NCBI GenBank assembly: GCA_963827685.1
Contig: CAWHBU010000003.1
Span: 288,001-352,000 of the forward strand
Length of the DNA: 64,000 nt
DNA from: an uncultured delta proteobacterium
GTDB lineage: Bacteria; Desulfobacterota; BSN033; UBA1163
Reading direction: 5' to 3'
Every line of letters begins with the position of its first letter. The stretch's first letter is position 1. The position numbers and the translations under genes were made by a program. A model generated the notes under the pieces. That model had not been told where the DNA came from. It saw only the letters and a list, made by a program, of their open reading frames with translations, and ran no database searches. Positions 18,645-29,776 of the stretch are shown in pieces.

Positions 18645-19064
18645 TCATTGCGGGATAAGACGAAAATAAGTACTTACCACATTTGTCGGTTGAATCTTCC
18701 CGTCTCGAATATATAGAACATAGCTTTCCAAAAGACGTGCGCCAGGATTTTTAGTGTGAATCTGTACCTTGATCGTTCCTCGTAACCCATAATTTACATC
18801 TGTTACCTTAAAACAGTGTGGGCCATCATCTGCGAAGTAGAAACAGGCTGCTTTAATCTCCGGTTCACCATCTGCCTCAAAACTGATATTCACAATAAAT
18901 GGTAAATGTAACCTGATATTTTCCTTTTCTGGAACGAGCATACTTAATAATCTTAGCTCACCAGGAGCAAGGGGTTTAGGCACTGTGGCGCAAGAAGAAA
19001 TTCCTAACAAGACCGCTCCCATCATTAAAACAGCTATTGAGATAGACTTCCTAATCACAGACAT
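18645..19064 (-). CDS. putative lipoprotein (paralog of 19983-20441)
   Basis: Lipobox-like ISSC; shared ELRLLS, ACF.F, YIRDGK.Q.TN motifs. Confidence 0.75.
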   Translation of the reverse strand: MSVIRKSISIAVLMMGAVLLGISSCATVPKPLAPGELRLLSMLVPEKENIRLHLPFIVNISFEADGEPEIKAACFYFADDGPHCFKVTDVNYGLRGTIKVQIHTKNPGARLLESYVLYIRDGKIQPTNVVSTYFRLIPQ

Positions 19065-19085
19065 GCCTTAGAATCCCCTTTCCCT

Positions 19086-19685
19086 TTACCTTCTTTCTTT
19101 TTCCTTTTGTTTTTCATAGTCTCTTCTCTCCTCGCTAATCTTTCTGGAATTCATGGTAAGGGTTCCCTTATGGCGATCCTTGGAATATGACAACCAGATC
19201 TCTGTATTTTTGCCCCACCAAACATAAAATCCTCCAGCACGTTCTGTCGGTGATCGTTCTCTCCGTGCCCTTTTACTCATCTTATCCATACTTCCCTTAG
19301 GCTCAAAGGCTTTTCCAAATCGTTCAAATAACTCTTTTTTAAGAGCCTCGAAATTTTCCTCGCCTTCAAAATCAATCCATACACTCTCAAATTCTCCCAT
19401 CCAAAATGAATAAAATATGTTTTCAAGTTTTGCCTCACCTATCGCTAAGGTATCCCCTTTTCTTCTATACCAGACTAAGTCTCTACCAGAGGATTTGTTT
19501 TGTTCAACTTCCTCCATGTCTTTTAATGTAGAAATCTCGATTCCCCACTTGATATCCCTGAAGCCGTCTGGGTCTGAGCGAGGCATAGAAGGCCGAGGGG
19601 GAGCAAAACAACCTACCAAAAAGATGGTGAATAAAATAGCTAAAATCTTACCCTTCTTCATGGCTTCTGCTTTCAGTTTTACCAT
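19086..19685 (-). CDS. putative lipoprotein
   Basis: LVGC lipobox; DPDGFRDIKWG motif (start may be 19661). Confidence 0.7.
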   Translation of the reverse strand: MVKLKAEAMKKGKILAILFTIFLVGCFAPPRPSMPRSDPDGFRDIKWGIEISTLKDMEEVEQNKSSGRDLVWYRRKGDTLAIGEAKLENIFYSFWMGEFESVWIDFEGEENFEALKKELFERFGKAFEPKGSMDKMSKRARRERSPTERAGGFYVWWGKNTEIWLSYSKDRHKGTLTMNSRKISEERRDYEKQKEKERR

Positions 19686-19982
19686 TTTACTTAGGTGCTA
19701 CCCTCCTTTTATTCTTTTTCTCTTCATCTCCCTATCCACCACTCTCACCATTTCCAGAAACTCCTCTCTGGTGAATATCCCCTTCTTAATGAGTAACCTG
19801 GTAAGGGCTTCCTGCTGGACGACCTGGGACATCAGGAGTTATTCAGAGGAAACTATTTGTTTAGATAACTTTCATTAATCAATTCTTCATTCACATCAGA
19901 CATTGGGTGTTTGAGCATGGAAGAGTAAATGTGATGAGTTTATAATTCGAAATCCGATGTGAAAAATCCAGCTCTTTTGCGT

Positions 19983-20441
19983 TTATTCTTCAGGTTCCTT
20001 CAGAACAATGACATAATAAGTTACGGTATTTGTCCGTTGTGTTTTCCCGTCTCGAATATATTCAGCGTAACAGTCTATTCTCTTTGAACCCACAGGAACG
20101 TGAATCGGTACTCGGAAGTATGTATGCGACCCATATGTCACATCTTTCGCTTGAACATCAACACAGGATTGGCCGTCACCTGAGAAGTTGAAACAAGCTC
20201 TCAGAATCTTTGGTTCACGGTTTGCCACAAAATTAATAGTAGTCCAATATTCTACGTTCGCTGAGAGGTTACCACTTTGGGGAACATCCACACTTAATAG
20301 CCTGAGTTCGTCTGCACTGGAGGGGAGTTCTCTCTTTCCAATCGAGATAGAGGGTCCTTCCGGTCCAGTCGTGATAGTGGCACAAGAAGAAATTACTAAC
20401 AAGACAGCTACACCCATCAGAACAGCTATTAAGGATTTCAT
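19983..20441 (-). CDS. putative lipoprotein (paralog of 18645-19064)
   Basis: ISSC lipobox; AGGAGG RBS; motifs shared with the paralog. Confidence 0.75.
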   Translation of the reverse strand: MKSLIAVLMGVAVLLVISSCATITTGPEGPSISIGKRELPSSADELRLLSVDVPQSGNLSANVEYWTTINFVANREPKILRACFNFSGDGQSCVDVQAKDVTYGSHTYFRVPIHVPVGSKRIDCYAEYIRDGKTQRTNTVTYYVIVLKEPEE

Positions 20442-21486
20442 AATTATAAACCTCCTTCCTATTATGTCCCTTTCTTTTTCCTCTTCATCCCCTATCCACC
20501 ACCTTCACCATTTTCAAAAACCCCTCTTTGGCAAAAATCCCTTTCTCCACAAGCAACCCGGTAAGGGCTTCTTATTGGACTAACTGGGACACGATTTGTT
20601 TAGGATCAAGGGTGGTTGCTATAGAAGCCTCCGAAAAGATCATTTGGTTTGCTTTAAGAAATTTCAATAACTCCTTATGGAAGAGTTCCGGCGCTTCCAG
20701 ATGAGGGATATGTCCAACGTCAGGCAATTCAATCAAGGAAGAGTTTGCTATCAGTTTTGCAGTCCTTCTGCCTAATTCCGGGTATTGCCCCACCAAAGAG
20801 AGCAGTTCTTTTTTCACTTTTGCTTTACCGACAACCGTTCTGTCGGATTGCCCAATGACCAGAAGGGTCTTTGACCTGATATATGGAAATTCATAGCAAA
20901 CGGGTTGTTCGTAAATCATCTGGGATGTGAGTGCTGAAGACATGGCCAGCCTCGGGTATTCACCGCTTGCTTTCCACCTGAGAAAAACTTGAACATATTC
21001 TTCATAGTCAGGCTTCCATTTCACATAGTAACTTTTATGGTAATTCCGAATTCCTTCCTCTGTGGCGTTCAGTTCATTACGATATGCTTCTTCAATAGGA
21101 GTATAGGGCACATATATTCTATAATCTTCCAGACCAATGGGATTCTCAAGGATCAGATGGGTAACCGTCTCAGGATACATGAGGGTAAATCTTGTTGCCA
21201 GCATTCCCCCCATCGAGTGACCAACAACCGCAACTTGCGTTATTCCGAGGCTGTCCACAACTTTCTTGGTATTGATTGCTAATGAATGAAAGCTATAATG
21301 GATATTCGGTTTTGACGATTTCCCAAAACCGATCTGGTCAGGGACAATCACTCTGAAGCCGTTTTGAGACAAGATATGAATAGTCTCTTTCCAGTAGGCT
21401 CCGAAGAAATTCTTTCCGTGTAAAAGTAATACGGCCATGCCATTCGGGGTTCCTTCAGGTGGTATATCCATATAGGCCATTCTTAA

Positions 21487-23081
21487 CAGTCTGTTGAAAA
21501 ACTCTATTCAATAAATTCTTTGCTTTAATATATCACAATGGTAGAATATGGCAACTTTTGAATAAAGGAGGAGCCATTGTTAGGAGAAAACCCACGAAGT
21601 GAGCGCATGTTCTACTATGTCCGGATGGAAGATATCGTTCCAGAGAACCATCTTCTAAGATTGATCGACAGACATATCGATCTAAAATTCATTCGGGACA
21701 AAGTGAAGCATCTATACAGTCATACAGGGCGTCCATCGATTGATCCGGAGGTATTACTCAGGATGCTTTTAATTGGGTATCTGTATGGAATCACATCAGA
21801 GCGTCGCCTATGCGAAGAAGTACAGATGCACATTGGGTACAGGTGGTTTGTGGGCTTGAACCTTGAAGACAAGGTGCCAGATCATTCGACCTTCTCCAAG
21901 AATCGGCATGAGCGGTTTTCAGAGAGCGATCTATTTCAGAGAATCTTTGACGAGATTGTGAATCAATGTGTCTCTCAGGGGTTGTTAACAGGAAAGCATC
22001 TGACGGTGGACAGCACCTATGTACAAGCCAATGCGGCCTTAAAGAGTCTAGAACCAATAGTGGTGACCATGGGGACAGGAGAATACATAGAGAAATTAGA
22101 GAGAGAAAACCCTGTAACAGAAGAGCCTTGGGAGCCTGGGGACGACTATCCCCATCGGGGTCAGAAAATAAGCAATGGGACTCATCGGTCCAAGACCGAT
22201 CCGGATGCCCGTCTGGCAAGGAAATCGTTGAAAGCAAACACCCAACTTTATCATGGAGTGACCTATATCATGGACAACCGGAGCCGGATCATCGTAGGGG
22301 CGGATGTGGGAAAACCAGATCGGAAAACTGACTGCGAAAAGGCGTTGAAGCAGATACGAAGGATTCCATTTGCTTTTGGGATAAAGCCGGAGAGCTTAGG
22401 AGCAGATAAGGGGTACTCCACGGGAGAATTTATCAATGCACTGGTCAAAGAGAAGGTACAGCCTCACATTCCAATCATGGATTCTCGGAGTCAAAACGAT
22501 CGAGGGATCTACTCGATAGAACAATTTAGCTTTGATCCGGGTGAAAACCGGTTTCTCTGTCCGTCGGGGAAGGAGTTGAAATATTGGGGAATTCATAAAC
22601 CCAGTAAGCAGCATGTCTATAGGGCGAGGGCGAAGGATTGCAAAGTGTGTTCGAGGAAGGCGGAGTGTACGAGGGACAGGTCCAGATCACTCAGTTATCA
22701 CATTTATGAGGAGTTTATCAATCAAGCGAGGCAAATCAATCAAACAAGGGCTTATCGGATATCGCAGAGGATGAGGAAGAGGATTGAGGAGCTATTTGGA
22801 GAAGCAAAGGAGTGGATGGGACTGAGGAGGGCTAAATTCCGGAGGCGGAAGTTTATCAGAGAACAGGTATTAATGACGGCGACAGCGCAGAATATAAAAA
22901 GGATGGTAAAGCTGTTATCCAAAGGAGGATACACAAAGCAAGCCCAGGTGGCCCAACAGCTTGGGGAATCGTTTCTTTCAAAGACATTTTCTAAATTATT
23001 TGGTTTGATGACTCTTTTCAGGTTTCGAACTCAATATTTTCTTCAGGGTTGCTGATAAATGCTTAGTTTTTCAACAGACTG
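21487..23081 (+). mobile_element. IS1182-family element, 1595 bp
   Basis: Terminal inverted repeat CAGTCTGTTGAAAAACT; TTAA target duplication. Confidence 0.95.
21577..23055 (+). CDS. IS1182-family transposase
   Basis: GRPSIDP, SERRL, PDHSTFS, VDST, TDPDA, ADKGY, IEELFG. Confidence 0.92.
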   Translation: MLGENPRSERMFYYVRMEDIVPENHLLRLIDRHIDLKFIRDKVKHLYSHTGRPSIDPEVLLRMLLIGYLYGITSERRLCEEVQMHIGYRWFVGLNLEDKVPDHSTFSKNRHERFSESDLFQRIFDEIVNQCVSQGLLTGKHLTVDSTYVQANAALKSLEPIVVTMGTGEYIEKLERENPVTEEPWEPGDDYPHRGQKISNGTHRSKTDPDARLARKSLKANTQLYHGVTYIMDNRSRIIVGADVGKPDRKTDCEKALKQIRRIPFAFGIKPESLGADKGYSTGEFINALVKEKVQPHIPIMDSRSQNDRGIYSIEQFSFDPGENRFLCPSGKELKYWGIHKPSKQHVYRARAKDCKVCSRKAECTRDRSRSLSYHIYEEFINQARQINQTRAYRISQRMRKRIEELFGEAKEWMGLRRAKFRRRKFIREQVLMTATAQNIKRMVKLLSKGGYTKQAQVAQQLGESFLSKTFSKLFGLMTLFRFRTQYFLQGC

Positions 23082-23335
23082 TTAAGTCCTGACCCTCTAT
23101 GGTAAGGGGAAGTAATTTTACCGGGTAGGGATAGTCATAATTTTCCATTGATATGGATAGGGGTATCGTCTCTTGAGCAATTGCGGTGAAGGGCAGTGAG
23201 AAGATCCAAATCAATAAGCCGTAACTCAACATTTTCGTTGACAAACTGACAAAAGCCTGTGTGGAACATTTCATGGTCGATCCCTTTCTTTAAAGCGCTT
23301 GATATATACTAGAATCTGTCAAACCGTTAGGGAAA

Positions 23336-23530
23336 TTATGAAAGACTTCTCAAAAAATTCTTTAACTTGTTCATAGCCTCTGAAGAAATATCAATAAATT
23401 TTACTCCGCACCGATAATCTCCCCAGACTTCACCTAAATGAATATCTATCCAAGCTGCCTCAGCCAACGTTTCAGTGGTATTCAAATCAGAACCTGAAGT
23501 GAAAAAGAGTTTAACCTTTAGATGCTTGCC
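23336..23530 (-). pseudogene. PilZ-like domain C-terminal fragment
   Basis: Manual translation GKHLKVKLFF...AEAAW...DYRCGVKFIDIS...KLKNFL*; no start codon. Confidence 0.5.
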
Positions 23531-23900
23531 CTCATATACCCACCCAATAGTTAGAGGTTAAGAATGGATTGCTTCAGTATTGATTGGATTGTATTCTTTT
23601 CAGGACATGGTGTCAATGAGAATTGGATGGGCAGGTGCCCTCAGAAGTACGAACGGTTAGAAGGTGGAATAAGAAGGAATGGGAAAAGAGATGCGTCTCG
23701 ACTTAGAGATCATGCCCACTTTACACGATGAGGAATATCCTAAACAGGTTATCGATCCTCGGCACCGCCACTGCTTTGTTAGGGGGCGTTGATACTATGA
23801 GTTTCGGTGGATGTCTGGTAGGAGGGGGGAGATTTTGGATTATTTTGGACAGCAATGATCAGAGGATATTGTTGATGAAAACGGGGCGAGCCATCATATT

Positions 23901-24302
23901 TTAGTCGGTTCCATCCCGATTGTTTTCACTGGGAACATCAGATTTTAGGCGGGATGGCAAGTGATTGGCAGCATAATAAAACCCAAAAGATATAAAAATG
24001 CTAATGCAGGCTACTGGGAATGCGAGTGATTTTCCATGCCACAACCCGACAAACCCACGCCTGAACTCGTCCATAAGCACATTTGCCTTTCCGCCATAGA
24101 GTTCTAAATCCCGTAAATATTTCCTGGAATCTTCAGGCATAACCGGATAAACAGATCCACCTTCTTCCACGTAACCCAAAACGCCGTCCGAATAATTCTG
24201 AGCTGTCTGATAAATCAAGATGGCACTACCCAAACCAACCAGCAGGATAATTGCGCTGATGAGATTAAGCAATGCATGCAGATCTGCGATTTTCCATTTC
24301 AT
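23901..24302 (-). CDS. hypothetical 2-TM membrane protein, copy 2
   Basis: Near-identical to 13590-13991, including ~105 bp of upstream DNA. Confidence 0.75.
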   Translation of the reverse strand: MKWKIADLHALLNLISAIILLVGLGSAILIYQTAQNYSDGVLGYVEEGGSVYPVMPEDSRKYLRDLELYGGKANVLMDEFRRGFVGLWHGKSLAFPVACISIFISFGFYYAANHLPSRLKSDVPSENNRDGTD

Positions 24303-24417
24303 GTTGTGCCTATTTTTGATCAATACCCAATGATTTTGGAAAAAAGTATAAGAAAAAATGCCTTGTGGTGTCAATGGCCTGACCAGAGCGTGGCTGCCAT
24401 TTAAAAAGAGCAATCAG

Positions 24418-24474
24418 AGGGCCGGGTCTTTAATCTTGATGTTTATGAAATATCAAGAAGCAAGACTCAACCCC
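24418..24474. repeat. REP-like hairpin, copy 2
   Basis: GGGGCCGGGTCTT..CAAGACTCAACCCC. Confidence 0.75.
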
Positions 24475-24513
24475 AGCCACTAATTTAGCGGCCCGCCCAA
24501 CCTGCATCAAAAC

Positions 24514-24545
24514 AAAAGGGTTAGCAACTTACAGCTAACCCTTTT
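24514..24545 (-). terminator. terminator downstream of tRNA-Glu
   Basis: AAAAGGGTTAGC..GCTAACCCTTTT hairpin. Confidence 0.8.
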
Positions 24546-24554
24546 GAGTTAATC

Positions 24555-24631
24555 TGGCGTCCCCAAGGGGATTCGAACCCCTGTTGCCGACGTGAAAGGC
24601 CGGTGTCCTTGGCCGACTAGACGATGGGGAC
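24555..24631 (-). tRNA. tRNA-Glu(TTC)
   Basis: GTCCCCATCGTCTAG...CTTTCAC...GGTTCGAATCC...GACGCCA cloverleaf with CCA end. Confidence 0.97.
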
Positions 24632-24722
24632 CCTTTTCATATTACGGAATGCGGATTGTAGAATGCGGAATTAAGATCTAAAATAAATCCGAATTCCGAA
24701 ATCCGAATTCCGAAATAGACAC

Positions 24723-24798
24723 TGGTGGGCCGTGCGGGACTCGAACCCACGACTCTCTGCTTAAAAGGCAGATACTCTACCTCCTGAGTTAACGGCCC
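24723..24798 (-). tRNA. tRNA-Lys(TTT)
   Basis: GGGCCGTTAACTCAG...CTTTTAA...GTTCGAG...CCCACCA. Confidence 0.97.
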
Positions 24799-25025
24799 CT
24801 CTCAATTCAAAGTAAGGAAGAATCCATCAAAATGTCAAGCAAAATCTAACAGAGCCTTTAAAAACTACTGCACGCTTTCATGATTACACAGATTCCAAAA
24901 AGTGATTACGCAGATTTTTCTTTATTTTCCAACCCGTTTCTAGATCTGTGTAATCGTTTCATAATCCCTGCCTACCGGCAGGCAGGCGTGTCATCAGAGA
25001 TTTCTGGACTTTTTCAGAAATCTCT

Positions 25026-26336
<1,311 letters not shown>

Positions 26337-26497
26337 TCAGGGCTCCGCCCTGCATCCTATCCTGAACTTCGTCGAGTTCAGGACCAATCATGAACCTTAC
26401 ATGGTTCATGGCGTGGTGCAGGGCCAAACCCTCTTCCCCTGCCTACTGGCATGCAGGCATCAAGGGAGAGGGCGTATTTTGATTTACCATGAAGCGA

Positions 26498-28090
26498 TTA
26501 CAGTTGAATTTGACGAACCGAGATGATATTCGGCAACCTCAAAATCTCGCCCACCATTCCCGGTGGCAAGGGGACATCCAGATGGAGCAGTGAGATCGCA
26601 TTGCCACCCATTTGATCGCGTCCAAACTGCATTGTCGCAATATTGATATTTCGGCTTCCCAAGGCATTCCCAATATTCCCGATCACCCCGGGTTTGTCAT
26701 AATTATTCACTAATAGAATATGTCCCTCCGGAATGGCTTCGATGAAAAAATCGTTCAGCTTGACGATTCGCAATTCTTTCCTTCCGAAGAGGGCCCCTGC
26801 AATATAATTTTGCTCCATCTTCGATCGGGCCCTGAGGGCAATTAAACTTGCAAAATCTTCTGCCTCAGCCCTGGTAGATTCTGTGATTTTTATCCCCCTT
26901 TCTTTTGCCATGACGGGAGCATTGACAAAATTGACGGTCTCACCCACAAAAGGTGTAAGGAGGCCTTTCAAGACCGAAATGGTGATCGGCTTTGTCCCAT
27001 ATTCCACGACCTCGCCGTGATATTCAATCAGAATCTCTTCGATAGCGTAATTTGAAATTTGAGCTAAAAAGCTTCCCAACTGCTCTCCCAGCCGGAGATA
27101 GGGCCTTAAGAAAGGAAGGATTTCTGGGCTGACGGCTGGTATGTTGATAGCATTGCGAGCCTCTCCCAAAGTAAAAAAATCGACAATCTGTTGCGAGATA
27201 GCAATGGCGACATTCTCCTGAGCCTCCTCGGTAGCGGCTCCTAAGTGGGGAGTGCTGATCACCTCCTCTAATTCCACCAGAGGGTTTCCAATGGCAGGCT
27301 CTTTCTCGAAGACATCCAAGGCCGCCCCAGCCACTTTCCCTTCCTTAATAGCGTCATAAAGGTCTTTCTCATGGATGATCCCTCCACGGGCACAATTGAT
27401 CAAAATCACGCCCTTCTTCATCTTTGCGAAGGCTTTCTTGCCGATGAGGTTCCTGGTTTCATCCGTTAAAGGGGTATGGATACTGATGAAATCGGAACGG
27501 CTCAGCAGTTCATCGAACGATACCAGGTCGACCCCTTTCTTCTCGGCTACCTCTTTTGAAAGATAAGGGTCGTAACCGATAACCTTCATCTTCAGGCCTC
27601 TTGCACGATCGGCGACAATCGTCCCGATGACCCCGATGCCGATCAGTCCAAGGGTTTTATTATAAAGTTCCACTCCCATAAACTTTTTCTTTTCCCACTT
27701 GCCGGCTTTCATCGAACCCGTTGCCTGGGGTATCTTCCTCGAAACAGAAAGGATCATGGCAATCGTGTGTTCCGCCGCGGCAATGGCATTTTCTTGGGGA
27801 GTATTCATCACCACGATACCCTTCTTCGTGGCGGCAGGGACATCTACATTGTCCAACCCAATCCCTGCCCTCCCGATCACTTTCAAACGTTTCCCTGCCT
27901 CGATGATATCAGCCTTTAGTTTTGTCTCGCTTCGGATTATGATCCCGTCATATTCCGGAATAATCTTCTTCAGCTCTTCCGGAGAAAGTCCGGGTTTAAG
28001 ATCACAAGTCAGGTTCTTCGCCTTTCCTAATATTTCCAGCCCTTTGCTCGATAAAGCGTCGCTGACTAAAACTTTTTTAATCTCCTCCAT
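26498..28090 (-). CDS. serA: D-3-phosphoglycerate dehydrogenase (long form with ACT domain)
   Basis: GRAGIGLDNVD, GIGVIG, INCARGG, TPHLGAAT; C-terminal DKPGVIG ACT domain. Confidence 0.93.
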   Translation of the reverse strand: MEEIKKVLVSDALSSKGLEILGKAKNLTCDLKPGLSPEELKKIIPEYDGIIIRSETKLKADIIEAGKRLKVIGRAGIGLDNVDVPAATKKGIVVMNTPQENAIAAAEHTIAMILSVSRKIPQATGSMKAGKWEKKKFMGVELYNKTLGLIGIGVIGTIVADRARGLKMKVIGYDPYLSKEVAEKKGVDLVSFDELLSRSDFISIHTPLTDETRNLIGKKAFAKMKKGVILINCARGGIIHEKDLYDAIKEGKVAGAALDVFEKEPAIGNPLVELEEVISTPHLGAATEEAQENVAIAISQQIVDFFTLGEARNAINIPAVSPEILPFLRPYLRLGEQLGSFLAQISNYAIEEILIEYHGEVVEYGTKPITISVLKGLLTPFVGETVNFVNAPVMAKERGIKITESTRAEAEDFASLIALRARSKMEQNYIAGALFGRKELRIVKLNDFFIEAIPEGHILLVNNYDKPGVIGNIGNALGSRNINIATMQFGRDQMGGNAISLLHLDVPLPPGMVGEILRLPNIISVRQIQL

Positions 28091-28122
28091 CTCATATCAC
28101 CTCAAGCCGTCCGGGTCTCCTT

Positions 28123-29262
28123 TCATTTCATCAAGATCTCTTCAGCTGCCTTCACTCCTGTTCCAAGCTCAAATTCATAGCCCATTTCCTTCAAAAGCAT
28201 CTCCAGCGCTGAAATGACCATCACCATGTCCAGTCGCTCATAATATCCCAGATGGGCAATTCGAATAATCTTGCCTTTTGCCTGATCCTGGCCTCCTGCC
28301 ACGGTGATTCCGAACTTCTCAAAAAACAGATTCTTCAATTTCCCACCCTGTATCCCCTCCGGAACTTTGACGGCTGTAACCGCATTGCTCGGTGAATCAG
28401 GCGCATAGAGTCCAAGACCCAAAGCCTTCACCGCGGCACGGGTGGCCTCTGCCAATTTTTCATGGCGCCGAAATACCGCCTCCATACCCTCTTTTCGAAT
28501 CATATGGAGTGCCTCTCTCAAACCCACAAACAAGGAGATGGCTGGCGTGTAAGAACTCTGGTTCTTCTTCGTGTTTTTCAACTCTTTTTTAAAGTCAAAA
28601 TAATATTTCGGCAAGTTTGACTTCTCAGCAAGCTTCCATGCCTTATCGCTTAACGCCGCAAAGGCAAGACCGGGAGGAAGCATCAAGGCCTTTTGAGAAC
28701 CACTGATCAACACATCGATCCCCCACGCGTCCATCGGGAGATTGAACACACCAATGCCCGTAATGGCATCCACGACGAGCACCGTCTCTTCATATTTTCT
28801 TACGATCTCCGCAATCTCAGTAATGGGATGTTTCACTCCCGTCGAGGTTTCGCTGGCCTGTGTGTAAACCGCTCGAACGGAAGGATTCGATTCTAACGCC
28901 TTTTGAATCTGCTTTGGATCCACCGCCTTTCCCCATTCCACATCAATGGGGATAAACTCGATCCCGTAGGCCTTACAGATCTCCCCCCACCTTTCACCAA
29001 ACTTGCCTCCACGAACAACGATGGCCTTATCTCCTTTGGAAAGGATGTTAGAGACCGCTCCTTCCATGGCCCCCGTTCCAGAAGAGGTAAAGATCAACAC
29101 CTCATTTTTCGTCTGGAAAAGATACTTCAACCCTTCCCTGATCTCAGCAAAGATTTTTTCAAACTCCGGTTCCCGGTGGTGCATGATGGGCTCGGCCATC
29201 TTGAGAAGCACCTCCGGCGGAAGCATGGTCGGCCCAGGCGAGAATAAATATTTCTTTTCCAT
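28123..29262 (-). CDS. class V PLP aminotransferase (alanine/serine-glyoxylate family; probable phosphoserine aminotransferase role)
   Basis: SPGPT, SSGTGAMEGA, ETSTG, SGSQKALMLPPG; upstream of serA. Confidence 0.88.
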   Translation of the reverse strand: MEKKYLFSPGPTMLPPEVLLKMAEPIMHHREPEFEKIFAEIREGLKYLFQTKNEVLIFTSSGTGAMEGAVSNILSKGDKAIVVRGGKFGERWGEICKAYGIEFIPIDVEWGKAVDPKQIQKALESNPSVRAVYTQASETSTGVKHPITEIAEIVRKYEETVLVVDAITGIGVFNLPMDAWGIDVLISGSQKALMLPPGLAFAALSDKAWKLAEKSNLPKYYFDFKKELKNTKKNQSSYTPAISLFVGLREALHMIRKEGMEAVFRRHEKLAEATRAAVKALGLGLYAPDSPSNAVTAVKVPEGIQGGKLKNLFFEKFGITVAGGQDQAKGKIIRIAHLGYYERLDMVMVISALEMLLKEMGYEFELGTGVKAAEEILMK

Positions 29263-29521
29263 ATCAAACTCCCTTTAAGTGAGAAAAACCACATAATATT
29301 ATTTTATATTCACCCCTATGTCAATACTCCCTTCGCTTTTGGAAGCTTCCCAGCGAAAGCGTGACGCTTTCCGGATACAAAGGATCACTTCGCATACTGT
29401 CCTTTCCTGCCTGCCACAGGCTGGGAGGTCGAAGGGGAGACCGGCAAGGGAGATCATAGGGGTTGACTTTTGGGGAATTATTTTCTAATTTTTAGAAAGG
29501 TCTTTCAGACTGGTAGGTTCA

Positions 29522-29776
29522 ATGGATCGCATGGCGACGAAAACATTGGCTGAGATCTATATCCAACAAGGTCATCTTCAGGAGGCCTACGAAATTTTTA
29601 AAGCCCTTAGTGAAAAAGAACCCAATAATATGGAAATAAAACTGAGGTTAGAAGAATTGCGTAAACAGTTAAACTCTTCCTCTCCCTTAACCCATTCCCT
29701 TCCGCGCTCTACAGAGGAAAAGATTCGTTTCCTGGAGAAATGGCTGGCCAATATCCGTGAACGGAGAAGAGGATAA
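29522..29776 (+). CDS. small TPR protein
   Basis: ATKTLAEIYIQQG...LEKWLANI; stop overlaps the next start. Confidence 0.7.
   Translation: MDRMATKTLAEIYIQQGHLQEAYEIFKALSEKEPNNMEIKLRLEELRKQLNSSSPLTHSLPRSTEEKIRFLEKWLANIRERRRG

Larger units (their letters stand above)
20572..23274 (-). pseudogene. secreted alpha/beta hydrolase interrupted by IS1182
   Basis: LLHGKNF, GHSMGG, GHIPH; removing the IS and one TTAA restores ...IEGQDL-RMAYMD in frame. Confidence 0.9.
5038..24554. mobile_element. genomic island at tRNA-Glu (no integrase seen)
   Basis: Bounded by tRNA-Glu and its duplicated 3' half; contains accessory genes, IS elements and gene fragments. Confidence 0.7.

Noticed and set aside
23580-23880. 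Possible decayed RAYT or integrase remnant near the tRNA end (YSFSGHGV, EILDYFG)
   Set aside because: Similarity is limited to a few residues with stops; cannot be supported without a search
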